Virus record (IMG/VR): IMGVR_UViG_3300031224_000002
Origin: a virus
Strand: one strand, 5' to 3'
DNA length: 36,337 bases
Position numbers and translations under genes: made by a program. Below are positions 32,513 to 36,337 of the stretch, one piece after another (the stretch's first letter is position 1; each line of letters starts with the position of its first letter). The notes below the pieces were generated by a model. The model searched no databases and was not told the origin of the DNA. It was given only the letters and a program-made list of their open reading frames with translations.

Positions 32513-32528
32513 CGCTTGTCAATACGCT
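32513..32528 (-). promoter_or_regulatory. Site C: AGCGTATTGACAAGCG
   Basis: It matches 14 of the 16 positions in sites A and B. It lies in the gap between the last late gene (stop at 32532) and the first early ORF. Confidence 0.45.
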
Positions 32529-32531
32529 GTA

Positions 32532-32981
32532 TTAAGGCTTCGCCGCCCCTTGGCCAAAGTAGAAGGCGATGACGTGACCGAATCCAACAAGCAGAGTCGG
32601 CATGTGAACGAAGCCTTGCACGCTGACAAACTCCGTTCGTGTGCGTTCAGGTATCAAACCGAATAGAAAACCGCCCGAAGTTTTGACTGTCTCGATCACG
32701 CTTGGCTTATCTAAGAAGCCAGGCACAAATACCAGAGCGACGACTGCGCCGACGAGAATCAGCGCGACAAGTCGCCGCGTTGCTTTGCCCGTTGATCCGT
32801 CGCGCTTAGATGCGCGGTCTGATGCTTCCATCGTCTCACCCATGCCGACTTTGAAGGCGTCGAGAGTGTAGAGTCGTTCTTCGGATTGCCGAGCCGCCTC
32901 TAGCGCCTTGAGCTTCATGATAAAACCAGCGACGGCAGAGACGCCCATCGTGACAGCAGGATTTGTTAGTAATTCGATCAT
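32532..32981 (-). CDS. Membrane protein (holin-like by position)
   Basis: Taken from the ATG at 32981, which is preceded by GAAAGGAATAATCAA; the track start at 33005 is a GTG. The hydrophobic segments are VTMGVSAVAGFIM, LVALILVGAVVALVFVPGF and MPTLLVGFGHVIAFYFG. Confidence 0.55.
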   Translation of the reverse strand: MIELLTNPAVTMGVSAVAGFIMKLKALEAARQSEERLYTLDAFKVGMGETMEASDRASKRDGSTGKATRRLVALILVGAVVALVFVPGFLDKPSVIETVKTSGGFLFGLIPERTRTEFVSVQGFVHMPTLLVGFGHVIAFYFGQGAAKP

Positions 32982-33030
32982 TTGATTATTCCTTTCGATT
33001 TCCACTTTTTAAACTGTGACTTTACTATCA

Positions 33031-33276
33031 TTAGTTGTTGGCGCAACTCCCGTTACACTTCTGTTCAATGTCGGTGAGTCGCTTGTCCATGTTGTCTAGC
33101 CTGTCTGCTGCCCTTGTGACCGCGCTAGAGAGTCGCCACGCTGCACCAACTAATACTGTCGCTGCTACAATAAAGATGCCCAACGGAATCAGTGTCCCCT
33201 CGTTAATGACGGAAGCCGCGCCGCTTGCTGCTGCTATGGCTGTTACGCCTGCGGATTTAATTGGAACCTCATACAT
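33031..33276 (-). CDS. Small membrane protein (holin-like by position)
   Basis: An 81-aa ORF with hydrophobic segments GVTAIAAASGAASVI and LIPLGIFIVAATVLVGAAW, followed by a charged C-terminus. Confidence 0.55.
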   Translation of the reverse strand: MYEVPIKSAGVTAIAAASGAASVINEGTLIPLGIFIVAATVLVGAAWRLSSAVTRAADRLDNMDKRLTDIEQKCNGSCANN

Positions 33277-33278
33277 AA

Positions 33279-33419
33279 CTATTTCTTTTGGATCTTGAAC
33301 TTGGCAACCTTCGGCTTCTTGGCCTTGGCTTTGGTGATTGTATCGGAAAATTCTGTGTCTGGTATCTTAGACTTCTTGGCCTCGGCGTTAATTAGCCAGT
33401 TTTCTGAGTGTTTATCCAT
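33279..33419 (-). CDS. Possible Lys-rich small ORF (46 aa)
   Basis: Manual translation: MDKHSENWLINAEAKKSKIPDTEFSDTITKAKAKKPKVAKFKIQKK*. It fits exactly between its two neighbours, and the next ATG is 2 nt after its stop. Confidence 0.35.
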   Translation of the reverse strand: MDKHSENWLINAEAKKSKIPDTEFSDTITKAKAKKPKVAKFKIQKK

Positions 33420-33423
33420 GTTA

Positions 33424-33828
33424 TTAGACGAGCGATTCGGGGCTTTCCCCCGTTGCCAGGTAGTGCATTAAGTCGGAGTGACCGAGCCACACCTCGCGAT
33501 AAGGAACCCCTGCGGCAGTTGCTAGGCCAATGACAACCTCGTCAAAATTAGCTGATGTATTGTTGAGCGGTTTGATCCAGTCTGTAACGGTATTGATATA
33601 CTCGCCGCGTAACGGTGCTTGCCCGTCGCGCTCCTCGATAGCGAAAGCAGGGGCAGAACCAAGGCTGGCTTGCTCAAAGGCTTCCTGTGGCGTGTAATTG
33701 ATCGCCACAGGGTCGCTGTCGTCCTCTGGAGACGTGACAATGGGAAGACCTAGATAGACTGCTAGATTGTCGGGAATTGTGTAGCCCGTATAGGTTGCGT
33801 TTGAAATAATTGCGTATCTGTGAGCCAT
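33424..33828 (-). CDS. Hypothetical protein (134 aa) in the fibre-chaperone position
   Basis: The ORF starts 4 nt after the stop of the large fibre gene. I saw no lysozyme, amidase or peptidase motif. Confidence 0.55.
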   Translation of the reverse strand: MAHRYAIISNATYTGYTIPDNLAVYLGLPIVTSPEDDSDPVAINYTPQEAFEQASLGSAPAFAIEERDGQAPLRGEYINTVTDWIKPLNNTSANFDEVVIGLATAAGVPYREVWLGHSDLMHYLATGESPESLV

Positions 33829-33832
33829 AATT

Positions 33833-36103
33833 TTATAGTCCGTAGGAGGGTGAAAATGCCGTGGAGTTTTGAAGCTGGTCGGCGAGTGTTAGCGCGTTTG
33901 GATCGTAGGCGAGAAGGTTGCCAGATGTCGCGACCATCTTACCGCCACTCAGATCCTTTGCAGCGTCGAATGTGATGCCGACAATGTTCCAACCTGCCGC
34001 GAGGGTAGTCGTTGCGACTCCGCCGACGTAGTAAGCGTGTGTGCCTGACTGATCGGTCTGCAATACATTGGCCGCAATGTCTACGAATGATGCGCCTGCG
34101 GCTGCTTGCAAAATGTCTTTAGTCGTGCCGTCGTTGTAGACTGCGAGCGTAATGGATCGCACGTCCTCAAGGCTGGCTACGTCTGGCAGTTCTACAAATT
34201 CGCCTTCTTCAAAAAGGTTGAGCACCTTGGCGTTCGGACGAGGGTTTGCAATTGCTGTGCCGAAAGCGTCGAGGGTTGGGGTGGTGTCGGATACTGGAAC
34301 TAGCTGGCGTGTGAATGTGCCGCTCTCTGTGCCGTTGTTTGAGCCGATGGTGTCTTTCCAAGGATCGTTGCCGAGTCCGGTGTAGGAATCAATTGCTACG
34401 TCGTCCTTAAGCACGGTAACATTTGATATGCTACCAGTAAAGAACCTAGCCAAGTCTTGGCTGTTGCCGATCCTTGTATTATTTACCGAACCTTCATATG
34501 TAAATGTGGCGTTTGCAAAGGTTGCTACTGCCGTCTCATATGCCCCGCCGTTTAGACTTATGCCGATCTCGTCATTGGCATAGTCCAAGTAGGCAGATAC
34601 AGTATTCAGCCCTGCTGACAAAGTTGTTGATGAGATAAAACTCTCGTAAGAATCAGATGCCGCACTTCTCCCTGACACTCTAATTGCTCCGCTTGCCTGC
34701 AAGTCGAGCGAGAATCCAACCGAGCCTTCGCTAATGTATTGGTAAAATATATCCTCAGTTCCAGACGGAAGTTCGCTAAAATAAATTGTGGCAGAAAACT
34801 CAATTTTACCGACACCGTTGAACCCCAATGGATCCCCAACACCTAGACCAATAAAATTATCCACGCCATTGAACCAAGAATACTTATTCCAGTCCATCCC
34901 CGCCGTTTGGAGGATCGTCTCGCGCTTCTGGGCCACGGTTACGGGGTTGCCTGATACTGTGCCGTCGTTGCTGCCGATGGTGTCATCAAATGGGGTTGCG
35001 CCTCGGCCTGTGTAGGCGAAGTTTTTAACTGACGAATCAGCTATTTCGAAGTTGTAAATCAGTCCATTGAAAAATAAGCCGACAGTAGTGCTCAGGCGAG
35101 CGCCTAAATAGAATGATGTGCCAGAGCCAGAGCTTACAGCCGTTCCAGTCCAGACTTCGATTTCGTCGATTCTAAATGAAATCGCGTAGCCAGACAAATT
35201 AAAAGTAACAGATACATTTTGAAACCCCGACTCCACTGATACGCCCGTGACTGTTCCATCTCCCAAATTCCACTCACCACTGACTAGTAAGAGACGATAA
35301 GCAGAAGAACCCAAGGACCAAACAACTTGAGTAGAGGACGTGTCACCAACATAAATGTCGGCAGAAATTGTGCATGATCCAAAATAGTCAACGACAGAAA
35401 CCATTCCTGTTGTCTCGACATAATCATCAACCGCATCAAACAGAATGTAATCAGAATACGCCGCAAGTTCTCGCACATCAGCGTCCGTTCCTTCCCCGCT
35501 ACCACTTGACCCTCCGTCATGCACTCCATGGAACCCTCCACCGCCTGAGTCAATGGCTGGATAGCCGTCAAGGTCTGCTGCGGCTGAGTCGTTGAGTTGC
35601 CAGCGCGGGATTACAGTCTCGCTACGTGCTGTATCAATCAATCTGACGTCTGACCAATCTGCGCCCGTAAACGTTGACGTGCCATCCCAACCGACAATGA
35701 CTGCCGAAGGTGCAACGCTGGTTGTCACTGAGGTCTCGAAGTCCTCCCACACATTCGCAGCTAATACCGTGTAGCTGATTGCCTGACCGCCGATAGTGGC
35801 AACCTTTGCCCCTGTTGACGTCGAGCGAATCTTGCCAGTAAGTTTATACGTTGATGCCCCTAATGCCGAGCAGTTCGCATTGATCGCCTTATCGTTGCTG
35901 CCGTCCGTATAGACGTAGCGACCCGTGTAGGGGATAGCGTCGTTGCCCTCGCCAGACTGGTCTGTGATGGACGTGTCCGAACTGAAAAAGTTCGTAAACA
36001 GATCGAGCACGCGGCCGACCTTGAAGTAGTTCGCAAATACAGCGATGGACGTGCGCAGCGACAAGCCAAGCCCGATGCCGATTGATGGAGCGTGACGCCT
36101 CAT
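33833..36103 (-). CDS. Large LamG/ConA-like-lectin repeat fibre (receptor-binding candidate)
   Basis: A 756-aa ORF taken from the ATG at 36103, which lies 1 nt after the spike-base gene stop (TAGCATG). There are three modules. Two are introduced by D(D/T)IGSN(D/N)GT.SG, and the module starts read FDAVDDYVE, FNGVDNFIGL and GEFVELPD, like LamG_3 domains. Confidence 0.7.
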   Translation of the reverse strand: MRRHAPSIGIGLGLSLRTSIAVFANYFKVGRVLDLFTNFFSSDTSITDQSGEGNDAIPYTGRYVYTDGSNDKAINANCSALGASTYKLTGKIRSTSTGAKVATIGGQAISYTVLAANVWEDFETSVTTSVAPSAVIVGWDGTSTFTGADWSDVRLIDTARSETVIPRWQLNDSAAADLDGYPAIDSGGGGFHGVHDGGSSGSGEGTDADVRELAAYSDYILFDAVDDYVETTGMVSVVDYFGSCTISADIYVGDTSSTQVVWSLGSSAYRLLLVSGEWNLGDGTVTGVSVESGFQNVSVTFNLSGYAISFRIDEIEVWTGTAVSSGSGTSFYLGARLSTTVGLFFNGLIYNFEIADSSVKNFAYTGRGATPFDDTIGSNDGTVSGNPVTVAQKRETILQTAGMDWNKYSWFNGVDNFIGLGVGDPLGFNGVGKIEFSATIYFSELPSGTEDIFYQYISEGSVGFSLDLQASGAIRVSGRSAASDSYESFISSTTLSAGLNTVSAYLDYANDEIGISLNGGAYETAVATFANATFTYEGSVNNTRIGNSQDLARFFTGSISNVTVLKDDVAIDSYTGLGNDPWKDTIGSNNGTESGTFTRQLVPVSDTTPTLDAFGTAIANPRPNAKVLNLFEEGEFVELPDVASLEDVRSITLAVYNDGTTKDILQAAAGASFVDIAANVLQTDQSGTHAYYVGGVATTTLAAGWNIVGITFDAAKDLSGGKMVATSGNLLAYDPNALTLADQLQNSTAFSPSYGL

Positions 36104-36104
36104 G

Positions 36105-36337
36105 CTAGTAAAGCGCGACGATGGACGTTGCAGTGGTTCCGGTCGCATTGACGCGAGCCGTTTGCACTGGCAGAATCGAGCCGGCAGTGACGCCGACAAA
36201 TACGACTGATTCGCCAGCCGCTTCGCCCGTCAGATCGTCAATTGAAATGTCGCCTGCCGCGCCGACGTAAAGAGCGCGGCACGTGCCGAGTGCTAAATCA
36301 GTGGAGTCGTTCGGAGTGACTGCGCGAGTTGCGCCGC
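36105..36337 (-). CDS. 3' part of the 86-aa spike-base-like gene (same gene as 1-155, seen through the overlap)
   Basis: The reading frame from the ATG at 155 continues through position 36211 (equivalent to nt 1) to the TAG at 36107-36105. Confidence 0.6.
   Translation of the reverse strand, partial: GATRAVTPNDSTDLALGTCRALYVGAAGDISIDDLTGEAAGESVVFVGVTAGSILPVQTARVNATGTTATSIVALY
36211..36337. repeat. Terminal self-overlap, copy 2 (identical to 1-127)
   Basis: See copy 1. Confidence 0.97.

Noticed and set aside
33833-36103. The possibility of a diversity-generating retroelement acting on the fibre gene, given the repeated DTIGSN.GT.SG segments.
   Set aside because: No reverse transcriptase ORF or template-repeat/variable-repeat pair with adenine-specific differences is present anywhere in the 36 kb. 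The repeats are domain boundaries of LamG-like modules.
36104-36199. An N-terminal extension of the large LamG ORF (track start at 36199, MSASLPARFCQCKRL...).
   Set aside because: The extension overlaps the 3' end of the spike-base-like gene in another frame and is Arg/Ser/Pro-rich. The ATG at 36103 lies 1 nt after that gene's stop, which matches the tight coupling seen elsewhere.

Overview
This window is a complete, self-overlapping contig of a tailed dsDNA phage. Nt 1-127 are identical to nt 36211-36337, so the unit genome is 36,210 bp, and one small gene crosses the junction. Every convincing gene lies on the minus strand. Many are translationally coupled through TAATG or ATGA stop/start overlaps, and the plus-strand ORFs in the track look like shadows. 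In transcription order (descending coordinates) the layout has two blocks. (1) An early/replication block runs from about 32.5 kb to 18.7 kb. It encodes a Cas4-like PD-(D/E)XK nuclease, a Sak4-like ATPase, a DUF669-like protein, an SF2 helicase, an ASCH protein, about 15 small ORFs, two tandem DNA methyltransferases, RusA and a primase/helicase. (2) After an AT-rich iteron/inverted-repeat region, a late block starts with a ribbon-helix-helix regulator. It continues with a ParB-like protein, a glycosyltransferase-like protein, a small-terminase candidate, a small ORF plus HTH pair and a GpA-type large terminase. Next come a lambda-type portal, a ClpP/S49 protease-scaffold, the capsid, neck, tail tube, tape measure and tail tip, then a beta-helix fibre, a spike-base-like protein that wraps the contig end, a large LamG-repeat fibre and small membrane proteins. 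I could not recognise an integrase, a repressor module, an endolysin, a tRNA or a CRISPR array. The most unusual items are as follows. A G8/G7/G9 tract array forms the tail of the RHH gene. An ACGTATTGACA motif is shared by the RHH operators and three early promoter-like sites. A ParB-like gene is coupled to a glycosyltransferase-like gene with no hydroxylase partner. The two methyltransferases are mosaic paralogs. A small ORF plus HTH pair has acr-aca-like architecture. GTATCCA inverted repeats sit in front of late genes. All functional calls rest on motif recognition by eye and on synteny, with no database search.
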